Shown: positions 37,908 through 48,150, counted from the first letter of the stretch. The stretch is 64,000 bases of DNA from Acholeplasmataceae bacterium (GCA_012800005.1 JAAZKC010000006.1:7436-71435); one strand, 5' to 3'. Made by a program: numbers and translations. Notes: generated by a model not told the origin, from the sequence alone.

Positions 37908-39179
37908 TTACCCCCTAACGAATTTAAGCAATATTTTATCTTTATTTTTGGGATTTTCATTATAATATTTACCTAAAATAGCTAAAACTTGATTATTTGA
38001 ATCCACAATAAGTAAATCATTATCTCTTATGTCTTTAGGAATCTTTTTATCAATGTAAAAATCCTTTACCTTTTTATGTCCATAATGAAAATATAACATA
38101 TCTTTAGGCCTCCTATTTCTTATAAATAGCGGAAGCGCTAATTTATTATAGCACAAAACAACCTTATAGTTATCCAAATCTTCTAAATCATTTGAAAATG
38201 AAATGATAGTATTATCATTTAAAACATTAAACGCACTTAAATTTAGCTTTTGATTTATTTCAATAGTTTTTCTTTTTTTTTCTAAAAGAACCTTCTTATA
38301 AACTTTTTTAAAGATATAGTCCTTTCCTAGATCATAATAACTGTTAGGTCCGCCAGTTTCTAAAAAGGAAATAATCTCTTCGATTTTCTTATAAGTAAAA
38401 GAAATGTCCTTCTTTTCTAATAAGTAAGCAATGACATCTTTTCTAATAGCGTCATCTAATTTTAAGAAGTCACTAATTAAGAATGAATCACTGTTTTTTA
38501 AAAAAGAAGTAGAGGTTTTTCTAATATAGAAAAAAGCTTCACTAAGTGTTTTATTATATTGAATTATTTTTTTTAATAATCCCTCATTTTCTTTTAATAA
38601 TAAGGGAATAATTTCTTGCCTATATCTGTTTCTAGTATAAATATCACTTTGGTTAGAAGAATCTATAAAGTATCTAATATTATGTTCTTTTGCATAAGTT
38701 AAAATTTCTTCTTTCGAAACAAAAATTAACGGTTTTAAAAAATATATTCCATCTTTATAATACGAATCTACAAAACCACTATAACCTAATAAATTAGATC
38801 CTCTTGAAATACGCATCAAAATAGTTTCTAATAAATCATTTAGATGATGTGCCGTAATTATGACATCGGTTTCATATTTTTTTGCAACATTAATTAGATG
38901 AAATCTTCTTTGGTTGTGAGCTTCATTGTGAAAGTCTTCTTTAATATCTAATTTAAAATATTCAAATGGGTAGCCAAATTTATCCGCAAGCATTTTAACA
39001 TATTCAGCCTCTAAAATCGATTCTTGTCTTTGTTGGTGGTTAAAATGAACAACAACTAAATCTGCGTTTAATTCTTTTAATAGGTATAATAAAACGGTAG
39101 AATCGACTCCACCGGAAACACTTAAAACAATTTTCTTTTCTAAATGTAAAGTTATCACATTTTTTACCTTAAATAACAT
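37908..39179 (-). CDS. tilS: tRNA(Ile)-lysidine synthase
   Basis: PP-loop 'SVSGGVDS', ~420 aa, sitting upstream of hpt-ftsH. Confidence 0.88.
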   Translation of the reverse strand: MLFKVKNVITLHLEKKIVLSVSGGVDSTVLLYLLKELNADLVVVHFNHQQRQESILEAEYVKMLADKFGYPFEYFKLDIKEDFHNEAHNQRRFHLINVAKKYETDVIITAHHLNDLLETILMRISRGSNLLGYSGFVDSYYKDGIYFLKPLIFVSKEEILTYAKEHNIRYFIDSSNQSDIYTRNRYRQEIIPLLLKENEGLLKKIIQYNKTLSEAFFYIRKTSTSFLKNSDSFLISDFLKLDDAIRKDVIAYLLEKKDISFTYKKIEEIISFLETGGPNSYYDLGKDYIFKKVYKKVLLEKKRKTIEINQKLNLSAFNVLNDNTIISFSNDLEDLDNYKVVLCYNKLALPLFIRNRRPKDMLYFHYGHKKVKDFYIDKKIPKDIRDNDLLIVDSNNQVLAILGKYYNENPKNKDKILLKFVRG

Positions 39180-39250
39180 TTTATCACCTATTATATGTTA
39201 TTATAACATAACAAAGGAAAAGATTTATTTAGAACAAACATAAATATGTG

Positions 39251-39259
39251 TGTTATAAT
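39251..39259 (+). promoter_or_regulatory. Extended -10 promoter (TGTTATAAT) of maf
   Basis: tgtTATAAT lies 24 nt upstream of the maf ATG. Confidence 0.45.
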
Positions 39260-39282
39260 ATATTAATCTTGGAGGAATAGGT

Positions 39283-39837
39283 ATGTTAATTTTGGCAAGC
39301 AAATCGGAAAGAAGAATTAAACTATTAAAAGACATTGGTTTAGAGTTTAAAGCTGTTGCACATAATGTAGATGAGTCTTACGATCCCAAACAAGCTCCAC
39401 AAACAATTGTTCAAAAACTTTCTAAAAGGAAAGCGGAAGGAGTTTTAAAAGAATATCCTCATGATACTGTAATTGCTGCAGATACTTTTGTGGTGTTTGA
39501 AGAAACAATATTAGGAAAACCTAAAAATGAAGATGAAGCTTTTGAAATGCTTAAAAAACTTTCAGGCAAAAAACATGAAGTTTATACTGGTGTTACGATA
39601 GTAAACAAACAAAGGTCAAAAACTTTTTATAGCGTATCTAGCGTTTATATGAAACCATACAATGATATTGAAATTTATGAATATATTAAGACACAAGAAC
39701 CACTTGATAAAGCTGGTGCATACGCTATTCAAGGTAAAGGGAGTAAACTTGTTGAGAAGTATACTGGTGATTTTTTTACAATTGTAGGGTTGCCATTAAA
39801 AGAACTTCAAAAAGAATTAAAAAAGTTTGATTATTAA
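39283..39837 (+). CDS. maf: Maf-like nucleoside triphosphate pyrophosphatase
   Basis: 'LILASKSERR', 'VIAADT' and 'AGAYAIQG'. Confidence 0.9.
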   Translation: MLILASKSERRIKLLKDIGLEFKAVAHNVDESYDPKQAPQTIVQKLSKRKAEGVLKEYPHDTVIAADTFVVFEETILGKPKNEDEAFEMLKKLSGKKHEVYTGVTIVNKQRSKTFYSVSSVYMKPYNDIEIYEYIKTQEPLDKAGAYAIQGKGSKLVEKYTGDFFTIVGLPLKELQKELKKFDY

Positions 39838-39852
39838 TGTTTATAAAAACAT

Positions 39853-39880
39853 AAAAGGGCTATTTAAAGCCCTTTTTTAT
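39853..39880. terminator. Bidirectional terminator between maf and the DUF4349-like gene
   Basis: aaaagggct-atttaa-agccctttttt. Confidence 0.75.
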
Positions 39881-40689
39881 TGTTTTTGATTATCTTTCTT
39901 TTCTTGTTTTCTTTTCCTTAGATATTTATTAAGATAATAGATTCCAAATCCAAGACCAACCGCTGGAACAATTAATACTAACCAAGGTATTAATGTTACA
40001 AATACCAAGATTAAGAATTGAACAAATTTGACCATATTATTCCAACCAGTTTCAATTTGTCTACCAACTTTATTATTAAATCCTTTTGTAGGAGCGTTCG
40101 TAGATTGATAGATATATATTTCAACTGTAGAAAATTCTATTAATGAATCATAAACTAATAAATCATGATTCAATTCATCAATTAATCTTTCTAATTGAGC
40201 AATTCTTGTGTTGATTTGTAAGATTTGATCATATGATGCTGTATCAATTAATTCTTGTAGTCTGAGATATTCTTTTTCGTATGTAACTTTTTTATTAGTT
40301 AAATCTTGATAGTTGAAAGAAACATCTTCTGAAGTTAATCTAAAAGAACTAACATCATAATCATCTTTTAAAGCTGCGATAAAAGCATCCAATCTCGATG
40401 TTTTAATTCTTAGTTTTAAATAAATTTGAGTAAGATCTCTAGTTTCAGCATCTTTAAAATCATCATCAACCATTAAGGCTATGATTGAATCAGCACTTTT
40501 TTCAATATCTTTTGCATAAATAGTTGTTGATACGGTATAGATAATTTTTCTTTCAGGTGCTTCATCAGTAATAATTCTTGTATCTGACGTTCCACTTCCA
40601 TCATTAGGACCAATATCAGACTTTCCACACCCAACAAGCATAAAACTTGCCAATAATATAATTAAAAGTCCAGTTATAAATCTTTTCAT
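39877..40689 (-). CDS. Lipoprotein with a coiled-coil region and C-terminal TM helices (DUF4349-like)
   Basis: Lipobox 'MLVGCG', a central heptad-like region, two C-terminal hydrophobic helices and a Lys-rich tail. Confidence 0.6.
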   Translation of the reverse strand: MKRFITGLLIILLASFMLVGCGKSDIGPNDGSGTSDTRIITDEAPERKIIYTVSTTIYAKDIEKSADSIIALMVDDDFKDAETRDLTQIYLKLRIKTSRLDAFIAALKDDYDVSSFRLTSEDVSFNYQDLTNKKVTYEKEYLRLQELIDTASYDQILQINTRIAQLERLIDELNHDLLVYDSLIEFSTVEIYIYQSTNAPTKGFNNKVGRQIETGWNNMVKFVQFLILVFVTLIPWLVLIVPAVGLGFGIYYLNKYLRKRKQEKKDNQKQ

Positions 40690-40740
40690 ATTTTTTCACC
40701 TCGCATACATAATACCTTAATCATTAGTTAATATCAAGAA

Positions 40741-43413
40741 TCAAGAATGACGCTTTTTTAGATATAAACTAATTAATTTTTGTATTTCAACAACAACTAC
40801 TGGAGTTATCGCAAGTGCTAAAACAATTAACCATTCTATAAAATTAAGATTTGATAAATCAAATAGTCCCCTTGTAAAAGAAAAGACAATTGTTAAAAGT
40901 TGTAGAGAAAGACTAATTATAAAGGCATAAAGCAAATATTTATTAAATTTTGTTTTAATAATGGATTTTGTTTCTGACTTAATATTAAAGGCATGGAACA
41001 ATTGTGAAATTGATAAAACCATAAAAGTCATTGTTGAAGCGTTTAATAATTTAACATCTCTATTACCCTCATGAATATAATAACCAATCACAAACGCTGT
41101 AAATGATAATAAACCTAACATAACGCCTTGCCAAGCAATCTTAATTCCTAAACCGCTTGAGAAAAATGACTTTTTACTATCTCTTGGTTTTTCTTTCATA
41201 ATATCTTCTTCCTTAGGCTCTAAGCCGATTGCGATAGCCATAAGTGAATCAGTAACTAAATTAACCCATAAAATTTGTACAGCAGTTAAAGTTGTTACAG
41301 CACCACCAAATATTAATGCGCCTAGTACTGTTCCTAGTAAAATAGTAATAATTTCACCAATATTACAAGAAAGTAAGAAGTGGATTGCTTTTTTAATGTT
41401 CGCATAAATTCCTCTACCTTCACCCACTGCATTAACAATAGTAGTAAAGTTATCATCAGCTAAAACCATATCTGCAGCACCTTTAGATACCTCTGTTCCA
41501 GTAATACCCATCGCAATTCCAATATTGGCTGTTTTAAGTGCTGGCGCATCATTAACACCATCACCAGTCATCGCCACAATATTACCTTTATTTTTCCAAG
41601 CTTCAACAATTCTAACCTTATTTTCAGGGCTAACTCTCGCATACACTTTAATATGTGGAAGAAGTTTATTAAATTCTTCATCATTTAATTTATCAAGTTC
41701 AACTCCTGAAATTGCGATATCATCTTCATATCTAATAATATTTAAATCTTTCGCAATCGCAAGCGCAGTGTTCTTATGATCTCCTGTAATCATTATGACA
41801 TCAATTCCAGCACCATAAGAAACCTCTATTGCATCTTTAACTTCTGGTCTTGGTGGATCAATCATCCCAACAAGTCCTAAAATATGGATATCTTCCTCTA
41901 AATATTTATGATTTAATTCTTTTAAAGGTTTATTTTTATCAATTTTTTTATAACCAACCGCTAAAACTCTTAAAGCCTTGTTAGTCATACTTTGGTTAGC
42001 TTCTTCATAAACTTTAGTATCATCTTTACTTCTTAAAAACATTACATCAGGAGCCCCTTTAATAACTGCGTAACGTCCATCAGGAAAATCATGAACAGTA
42101 GTCATTAATTTTCTTTCAGAATCAAAAGGAAGCTCGCTAATGCGTGGATAAGAAGAAGCAATTTCAATTGGGTTTTCTTTTAATAAAATCGCTAAATCAA
42201 TAAACGCAACCTCAGTTGGATCACCAATTTTACTATAGTTATTTTCTTCATCTAAATTAACTTTAGTATCATTACATAAAACACCATAAGTTAATAATGT
42301 ATTTAAATTTTTATCTAGTTTAGTATTATTATCAACCTGAACTTCTTTATTATCATAAAACACATGCGTAACAGTCATTACATTTTGAGTAAGTGTTCCT
42401 GTCTTATCACTACAAATAGTAGAAGTAGAACCTAATGTTTCTACTGCATGAAGACTTTTCATAATTGCTTTTTGTCTTGCGAGATTTTGCATTCCAAGAG
42501 CAAGTACAATTGTAATAATTGCCGGTAATCCTTCAGGAATTGCCGCAACAGCTAAGGCAACAGAAGTCATTAACGAATCTTTCCAAACTACCCAAGTAAC
42601 AGGTGTGTTATCAAGGGCGTAATGTTGGATAATATTAATCGCGAAAATTAAAACAGTAATTGAAATTGCGATAATCGCTAATATTTTTCCTAATTGAGAA
42701 ATAGATTTTTGAAGTGGTGTATCATCTTCTTTAGCAGCACTAATCATTTGAGCGATTTTACCAATTTCAGTGTTCATTCCTGTGCCCACCACAACCCCAA
42801 CAGCTCTTCCATATGTCGCAACTGTTGACATATAACTCATATTAATTCTATCACCCAAAGGAATATCTTTATTTTCTAAAACATCAATACTTTTTTCAAC
42901 CGGAACAGCCTCTCCAGTTAAGGCAGATTCATCAACTTTTAAGTTAACACATTCTACTAATCTAACATCGGCAGGAATATAATCTCCTGCCTCAATTAAG
43001 ACAATATCACCAATAACTAAATCACTTACATCAACAATCATTTCAATTCCATCACGTCTAACTTTAGCGTGTGGAGAAGCCATTTTCTGAATTGCATGAA
43101 GGGCTTTTTCCGCTTTCGCTTCTTGAAAAATTCCTAAAAGTGCGTTTATCAAAACAATCGCAATTACTAAAATACCCTCCGTAACATCACCAGTAATAAA
43201 ACTTAATACTGCTGCAGCAAGTAAAATAATAATCATAAAATCCTTAAGTTGATCAAAAAACTTTAAAATTAAAGATCTTTGTTTAGGCTTTTCTAATTCA
43301 TTTAAACCGTATTTTTCTATCCTTATATTAACTTCTTTTTGTGATAAGCCGGAACTAATATTAGTTTCTAATTCCTTCATCACAACTTCTTTTTCTAGTT
43401 TATGATATTCCAT
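40741..43413 (-). CDS. P-type ATPase, type IIA Ca2+-transporting (SERCA/YloB-like)
   Basis: 'DKTGTLTQN', 'TGDGVNDAPAL', 'MITGDH' and M4 'IPEGLP'. I chose the ATG at 43413 behind GGAGG. Confidence 0.9.
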   Translation of the reverse strand: MEYHKLEKEVVMKELETNISSGLSQKEVNIRIEKYGLNELEKPKQRSLILKFFDQLKDFMIIILLAAAVLSFITGDVTEGILVIAIVLINALLGIFQEAKAEKALHAIQKMASPHAKVRRDGIEMIVDVSDLVIGDIVLIEAGDYIPADVRLVECVNLKVDESALTGEAVPVEKSIDVLENKDIPLGDRINMSYMSTVATYGRAVGVVVGTGMNTEIGKIAQMISAAKEDDTPLQKSISQLGKILAIIAISITVLIFAINIIQHYALDNTPVTWVVWKDSLMTSVALAVAAIPEGLPAIITIVLALGMQNLARQKAIMKSLHAVETLGSTSTICSDKTGTLTQNVMTVTHVFYDNKEVQVDNNTKLDKNLNTLLTYGVLCNDTKVNLDEENNYSKIGDPTEVAFIDLAILLKENPIEIASSYPRISELPFDSERKLMTTVHDFPDGRYAVIKGAPDVMFLRSKDDTKVYEEANQSMTNKALRVLAVGYKKIDKNKPLKELNHKYLEEDIHILGLVGMIDPPRPEVKDAIEVSYGAGIDVIMITGDHKNTALAIAKDLNIIRYEDDIAISGVELDKLNDEEFNKLLPHIKVYARVSPENKVRIVEAWKNKGNIVAMTGDGVNDAPALKTANIGIAMGITGTEVSKGAADMVLADDNFTTIVNAVGEGRGIYANIKKAIHFLLSCNIGEIITILLGTVLGALIFGGAVTTLTAVQILWVNLVTDSLMAIAIGLEPKEEDIMKEKPRDSKKSFFSSGLGIKIAWQGVMLGLLSFTAFVIGYYIHEGNRDVKLLNASTMTFMVLSISQLFHAFNIKSETKSIIKTKFNKYLLYAFIISLSLQLLTIVFSFTRGLFDLSNLNFIEWLIVLALAITPVVVVEIQKLISLYLKKRHS

Positions 43414-43488
43414 AATTACCTCCACATGAATATTAACCCTTTTACATTCATATAATTTATTATAATACTAAGATTAACAAAAGCAAAC

Positions 43489-43518
43489 AAAAAAGGTAAC
43501 TTCACATTACCTTTTTTA
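43489..43518 (-). terminator. Terminator downstream of hipA
   Basis: aaaaaaggtaa-cttcaca-ttacctttttt, overlapping the hipA stop codon. Confidence 0.65.
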
Positions 43519-44691
43519 CATTGTTAGTTTTTCTAAATTATTCCTAATAAGATTAATAATTTTTTCAACATCTTCATTAGGTTCAATACATATATTTTTA
43601 GTTAAAAAAATAATATCTTTAAACTCATTTAATATTAAGTTTAAAATACTTTTTCCATTTAAATTCCAACTATCAAACTCTTTTATGATATCTTCTTTGT
43701 TGATGGAGTCAATATCATATTTTTTATTTATAGACATTGCCATATTTTTAGAAATGTCCTCATATATATAAGTAGAGACAATATCGTAAAATGGTGCCAA
43801 TATAATACCCTCTTTATAAAGTATTGAAATATTTTTAGCATGTGCATCACAATTACCAATAAGAAAATTGAAAACGAGAAGTTTTGCCAAATTTAATACT
43901 TCTAAAGCGGGATTTTTCAAGTTATTTTTAATAAAATTGGAAACATCTTTAAAACTAGGACCACCATCTATTTGATATTTGTTTTGGGGTCTGATTGATA
44001 GAACTTGACAAAAATCCTCTTGATGAATTCTTAAATTATTTAATCTATCATATCTAGTGATTAATAGATAAGGATAAGGTTCTTTTTTGTAGTCCACTTT
44101 TGAAACAGGAATACCCAAGAGTTCCGCAAGAGTAGTAGAAAAATATTCATTTATAAGCAAACTAGGAAACGTTAGATTATTAAATTTGATAATATAATTA
44201 GATGGATTTGAAATATTTGGAAGAAAATATTTGTTATTACGAATAATTAAAGATAATTTATTTTGTGCTCCTGCTAAAGAAAGGCGCATTCCTTTTTCAT
44301 AAAAAAACTTTCCACTTTCATTTTTATTTAAAATATTTAAAAAGTTTTCATAAGATAATTCTTTTGGAGGTGTTTTAATATTTGAAGGTTCGTTTGTAAA
44401 AGATATTGCACCAGCACAATCTTCACCTATTTTAGATAATATAGAAAAGGGATTATTTTGTGATACTAAATGTATTTTCGCAACATTAGTTAGTATTTGA
44501 CCTTCAGGTAAAAGATTTTCTAAAAAAGGTCTTACAACTTTATCTTTATAAACAACATTAAAGTCTTTCATAGAAAGGGAAATGATTTCTTTACTTTTAG
44601 GATAATATTCAAATGAATAAGACTTCCCGTTTGTTTCTTTTAATATTCCTACTTTTGTTTGATTTAAATAAACATCTAAAGTTCTAATCAT
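43516..44691 (-). CDS. hipA: HipA-family serine/threonine kinase toxin
   Basis: N-terminal HipA coupling domain ('FLENLLPEG', 'GEDCAGAISF'), 'LAGAQNKLSL', and catalytic 'GNCDAHAKNISI'. Confidence 0.85.
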   Translation of the reverse strand: MIRTLDVYLNQTKVGILKETNGKSYSFEYYPKSKEIISLSMKDFNVVYKDKVVRPFLENLLPEGQILTNVAKIHLVSQNNPFSILSKIGEDCAGAISFTNEPSNIKTPPKELSYENFLNILNKNESGKFFYEKGMRLSLAGAQNKLSLIIRNNKYFLPNISNPSNYIIKFNNLTFPSLLINEYFSTTLAELLGIPVSKVDYKKEPYPYLLITRYDRLNNLRIHQEDFCQVLSIRPQNKYQIDGGPSFKDVSNFIKNNLKNPALEVLNLAKLLVFNFLIGNCDAHAKNISILYKEGIILAPFYDIVSTYIYEDISKNMAMSINKKYDIDSINKEDIIKEFDSWNLNGKSILNLILNEFKDIIFLTKNICIEPNEDVEKIINLIRNNLEKLTM

Positions 44692-44887
44692 TATATATTA
44701 CCTCCAAACTAATGTTTAAAACCTTTAAAACATGTAAAACTTTTCCCAATTCTAAAGTTGGTTTGCCGTTTTCAAGTTCACTTATAAATCTGACGCCAGT
44801 ATTAGATAAAGCAGCTAAATAAACTTGAGTTAATCCTAGCTCTTTTCTTTTCTTTCTAACAATTTTTCCAATAGTTTTAACGTCCAT
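44684..44887 (-). CDS. hipB: HipB-like XRE-family HTH antitoxin
   Basis: 67 aa with an HTH 'LGLTQVYLAALSNTGVRFISELENGK'. Its stop overlaps the hipA start by 8 nt. GGGGGA RBS. Confidence 0.8.
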   Translation of the reverse strand: MDVKTIGKIVRKKRKELGLTQVYLAALSNTGVRFISELENGKPTLELGKVLHVLKVLNISLEVIYND

Positions 44888-44906
44888 AATATTCCCCCTC
44901 GGTATT

Positions 44907-44934
44907 ATTATACTATAAAAAACAATAAAATCAA
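44907..44934 (-). promoter_or_regulatory. hipBA promoter (TTGATT-N16-TATAAT, minus strand)
   Basis: The reverse complement reads aTTGATTttattgttttttatagTATAATaataccgaggggg. Confidence 0.5.
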
Positions 44935-44942
44935 TGTTTTTA

Positions 44943-44954
44943 TACCGTTCGGTA
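44943..44954. promoter_or_regulatory. Palindrome TACCGTTCGGTA, a candidate HipB operator
   Basis: A perfect 12-bp palindrome 9 nt upstream of the -35. Related half-sites are CTCGGTA at 44898-44904 and TACCGAG at 44993-44999. Confidence 0.4.
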
Positions 44955-44972
44955 AAATAAACAACAAAACTA

Positions 44973-45022
44973 AATAAAAAAAAGGTTATTGTTACCGAGC
45001 AGCAAAATAAATAACCTTTTTT
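44973..45022 (-). terminator. Possible terminator downstream of hslO (large loop)
   Basis: aaaaaaaaggttatt-(19 nt)-aataacctttttt. Confidence 0.4.
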
Positions 45023-45025
45023 AAA

Positions 45026-45889
45026 TTATTTTTTCTTTTGTTTGATTTTGTTTAAATCTTCAACAGTAAAATAATGTTTATTATTACAATATCTGCAAAC
45101 AATTTCAGCACCATTATCTTCATTAATAAGTTTATCTAAAAATTCATCATCTAATTTCATTAACGCAGTTTCATAATATTCTTTTGTGCATCCACAATGA
45201 TATTCTAGGGTTGTTGTTGAAAGGAGTTTTTCTGTACCACCACTTAATAATTTTAAAATGTCTATTGTATTCATACCCTCTTTAAACATATTAGTAACGC
45301 CAGTTAATTTACTTAAAATTTCTTCAATTTTAGTAATTGTTTCTTCACTTGCGTTTGGAAGAAGTTGGATAATAAATCCACCAGCATACATCACTTCATT
45401 TCCTACTAAAACACCCACACCAACAGAAGAAGGAGTTTGTTCAGACAAAGTAAAATAGTAAGTAAAATCATCACCAATTTCGCCTGTTTGTAAAGCAACA
45501 CTAGATATAAAAGCATTTTTAAGTTGAGGGTCTCTTAATACCGTTAATGTGCCATTTCCTACTGCCATTCCTACGGCTAGTTTTCCTGTTTTATTGTTTT
45601 TAATATAAACACCAGGATTTTTAATATAAGCTCTTAATGAACCATTATTATTAATGTCTACAAGCATACTTCCAATAGGCCCATCACCTTCAATTTTTAA
45701 TGTTACAAGCGAATTGTCTTTATACATCGGCACCATTAATCCACCAACAGTTAAGAGTCTTCCTAATGCGGCAGTAGCGGTAGGTTCTGTAGAATGAATT
45801 ATTCTAGCTTTTTCAACTAAGTTTTTGGTTGATGCGACATATATTCTTGTTTCATTATTATAGGCAGTCGCGATTAATACATGATCCAT
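45026..45889 (-). CDS. hslO: Redox-regulated chaperone Hsp33
   Basis: 287 aa with the C-terminal zinc centre 'CGCTKEY...CRYCNNKH'. Confidence 0.9.
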   Translation of the reverse strand: MDHVLIATAYNNETRIYVASTKNLVEKARIIHSTEPTATAALGRLLTVGGLMVPMYKDNSLVTLKIEGDGPIGSMLVDINNNGSLRAYIKNPGVYIKNNKTGKLAVGMAVGNGTLTVLRDPQLKNAFISSVALQTGEIGDDFTYYFTLSEQTPSSVGVGVLVGNEVMYAGGFIIQLLPNASEETITKIEEILSKLTGVTNMFKEGMNTIDILKLLSGGTEKLLSTTTLEYHCGCTKEYYETALMKLDDEFLDKLINEDNGAEIVCRYCNNKHYFTVEDLNKIKQKKK

Positions 45890-45911
45890 ACTAACACCTC
45901 AAGGATAATTG

Positions 45912-45931
45912 TATCACAAATGTGATATAAT
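45912..45931 (+). promoter_or_regulatory. dusB extended -10 promoter overlapped by the 16-bp palindrome TATCACAAATGTGATA
   Basis: The palindrome spans 45912-45927. TGaTATAAT spans 45923-45931. Confidence 0.45.
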
Positions 45932-45951
45932 TTTTTAAAGGTGATTATTAA

Positions 45952-46911
45952 ATGTTTTATATTGGTAATGTTAAAATTGAAAATAAACTTATTTTAGCTC
46001 CTATGGCAGGAATTTCTAATGCTGCATATAGACTTATCGCAAGAAGTTTAGGCGCAGGGTTATGTGTAAGTGAAATGGTTTCTGATAAAGGGCTAATTTA
46101 TGAAAATATTAAAACAAAATCTCTTCTTACAAGTTTTAAAGGTGAACACCCTTACTCTCAACAAATCTTTGGTAGTGATATAGAAACGCTAAAGAAAGCT
46201 GCAATATATGTAGATAAATATACAGATGCGGATATTATTGATATTAATATGGGTTGTCCCGTTCCAAAAGTAGCGCTTCGTTCACAAGCAGGAGCGGCAC
46301 TTTTAAAAGATCCAAATAAAATTTATGAGATTGTAAAAGGGGTTAAAGAAGTAATTAAAAAACCTCTTACTGTGAAAATTAGAAGTGGTTGGGATTTTAA
46401 TAGTATTAACGCAGTAGAAGTTGCGAAGGAAATTGAAGAAGCTGGGGCGGATGCGATTACTATTCATGCGAGAACGCGTTCTCAAATGTATTCAGGTAAA
46501 GTTGATTTAGATATTATTAAGAGTGTTAAAGCATCAGTTAAAATACCAGTAATTGGTAATGGAGATATTGTTGATGGACCTACCGCTAAACACATGCTTG
46601 AATATACAAAATGTGATGCTGTAATGATTGGAAGAGCGGCTTTAGGTAATCCATTTATTTTTAGCGAAATTAATGCATATTTAAATAATGAAGAATATAT
46701 TTATCCAACTAAAGAAGAAATAAAAAAAGTATTAATAAAACACTACGAATTATTAATACTTCTTAAAGATGAACATATCGCAACCTTAGAGATGAGGGCA
46801 CTTGGTTCACATTATTTTAAAGGTTTTCCTAGCGCTAGTGAAGCAAGGAGTAAGATGTCCAAAATTAACACAAAAGAAGATTTTTATAATGTGATAAATG
46901 AATATTTATAA
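45952..46911 (+). CDS. dusB: tRNA-dihydrouridine synthase
   Basis: 'LAPMAGISN', 'DINMGCPVPKV' and 'ITIHARTR'. Confidence 0.9.
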   Translation: MFYIGNVKIENKLILAPMAGISNAAYRLIARSLGAGLCVSEMVSDKGLIYENIKTKSLLTSFKGEHPYSQQIFGSDIETLKKAAIYVDKYTDADIIDINMGCPVPKVALRSQAGAALLKDPNKIYEIVKGVKEVIKKPLTVKIRSGWDFNSINAVEVAKEIEEAGADAITIHARTRSQMYSGKVDLDIIKSVKASVKIPVIGNGDIVDGPTAKHMLEYTKCDAVMIGRAALGNPFIFSEINAYLNNEEYIYPTKEEIKKVLIKHYELLILLKDEHIATLEMRALGSHYFKGFPSASEARSKMSKINTKEDFYNVINEYL

Positions 46912-46920
46912 ATAAACAGA

Positions 46921-48150
46921 TTATCTTATAGATAAAACATATTCCGAAAATCTATCTATTTGATTTTTATACATAATCGTTGAAATAATAATCGCCTTTT
47001 CATATTCAGTTTTTAACACTTTTGTTTCTTCATTTAAGATATTTATTAAGTGTTGTTTATCATAAGGGATACTTAATTTAACACTTATGTGAGGACCGAA
47101 TAATTTTTCATAAATAAATTCAATTAAAACATCAATATTGTCATTTGTTAAATTAGAAATCCAAAAGTCATTTTTAGGTTTTTCATTTAATAAATCAAGT
47201 CTAGTATAAACGTTTTTAATAGGAATATTATTCACATTTAACTCTTTTAAAACGCCTAATGTAGTTTCTTCATGAAGGCGTTTATTTTTATGTGTTCCAT
47301 CGATTATATGTAAGATTAAATCAGAATTTTGAACTTCACTTAAAGTTGATTTAAAAGAATTAATAAACTCGTGAGGTAATCTTGATAGAAATCCAATAGT
47401 GTCCGTAATAATAAAAGAAGGATAACCTTTTTTGGTTATTTTTCTTGCGGTAGTATCTAAGGTTGCGAAAAGAATATCTTTTTCAAAAACAAGCCTTTCG
47501 CTATTTAAATGTCTTAATAAACTATTTAAAGTAGCGCTCTTACCAGCGTTTGTATAACCAACTAATGAAACTAAAGGGATTTGTTCGGTATATCTTTGTT
47601 TTCTTGAGGTTTCCGTTTCAGTTTTTAGTTTTTTTAAAGACCTTTCTATTTTCTTAATATTATTTAAAATAACTCTTCTATCAAGTTCTAGTTTTGTTTC
47701 TCCTGGGCCCTTGGCGTTATAAGTTCCTCCACCCTGTCTCGATAAAGAATTACGCATTCCCACAAGTCTAGGAAGAAGATACTTTTGTTGAGCAAGCGAA
47801 ACCTCTAATAAGGCCCCTTTAGTTTTCGCTCTTTCAGCGAAAATAGAAAGAATTAAAAAACTTCTATCAATAATTTGTGTATCTAAAGTATTTTCTAAAG
47901 TTCTGATTTGAGCGGGAGTTAGTTCACAATCAAAAATAACCATATCCGCATCTAATGCGGTAACGGCATCTTTGATTTCTAAAACTTTACCTTTACCAAC
48001 ATATGTTTTTATATTTGGTTTATCTAACTTTTGAGTTATTTCTAAAACAACTTCGATATTAAGAGCTTTAGTTAAGTTTTTAAGTTCTTCCATAGAATCA
48101 ACAATATTATAAGTGTTTAAATCTAGACCCACTAAAATAGCTTTATCCAT
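46921..48150 (-). CDS. hflX: GTPase HflX
   Basis: HflX N-terminal domain, G1 'GYTNAGKSATLN' and 'TDTIGF'. Confidence 0.9.
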   Translation of the reverse strand: MDKAILVGLDLNTYNIVDSMEELKNLTKALNIEVVLEITQKLDKPNIKTYVGKGKVLEIKDAVTALDADMVIFDCELTPAQIRTLENTLDTQIIDRSFLILSIFAERAKTKGALLEVSLAQQKYLLPRLVGMRNSLSRQGGGTYNAKGPGETKLELDRRVILNNIKKIERSLKKLKTETETSRKQRYTEQIPLVSLVGYTNAGKSATLNSLLRHLNSERLVFEKDILFATLDTTARKITKKGYPSFIITDTIGFLSRLPHEFINSFKSTLSEVQNSDLILHIIDGTHKNKRLHEETTLGVLKELNVNNIPIKNVYTRLDLLNEKPKNDFWISNLTNDNIDVLIEFIYEKLFGPHISVKLSIPYDKQHLINILNEETKVLKTEYEKAIIISTIMYKNQIDRFSEYVLSIR

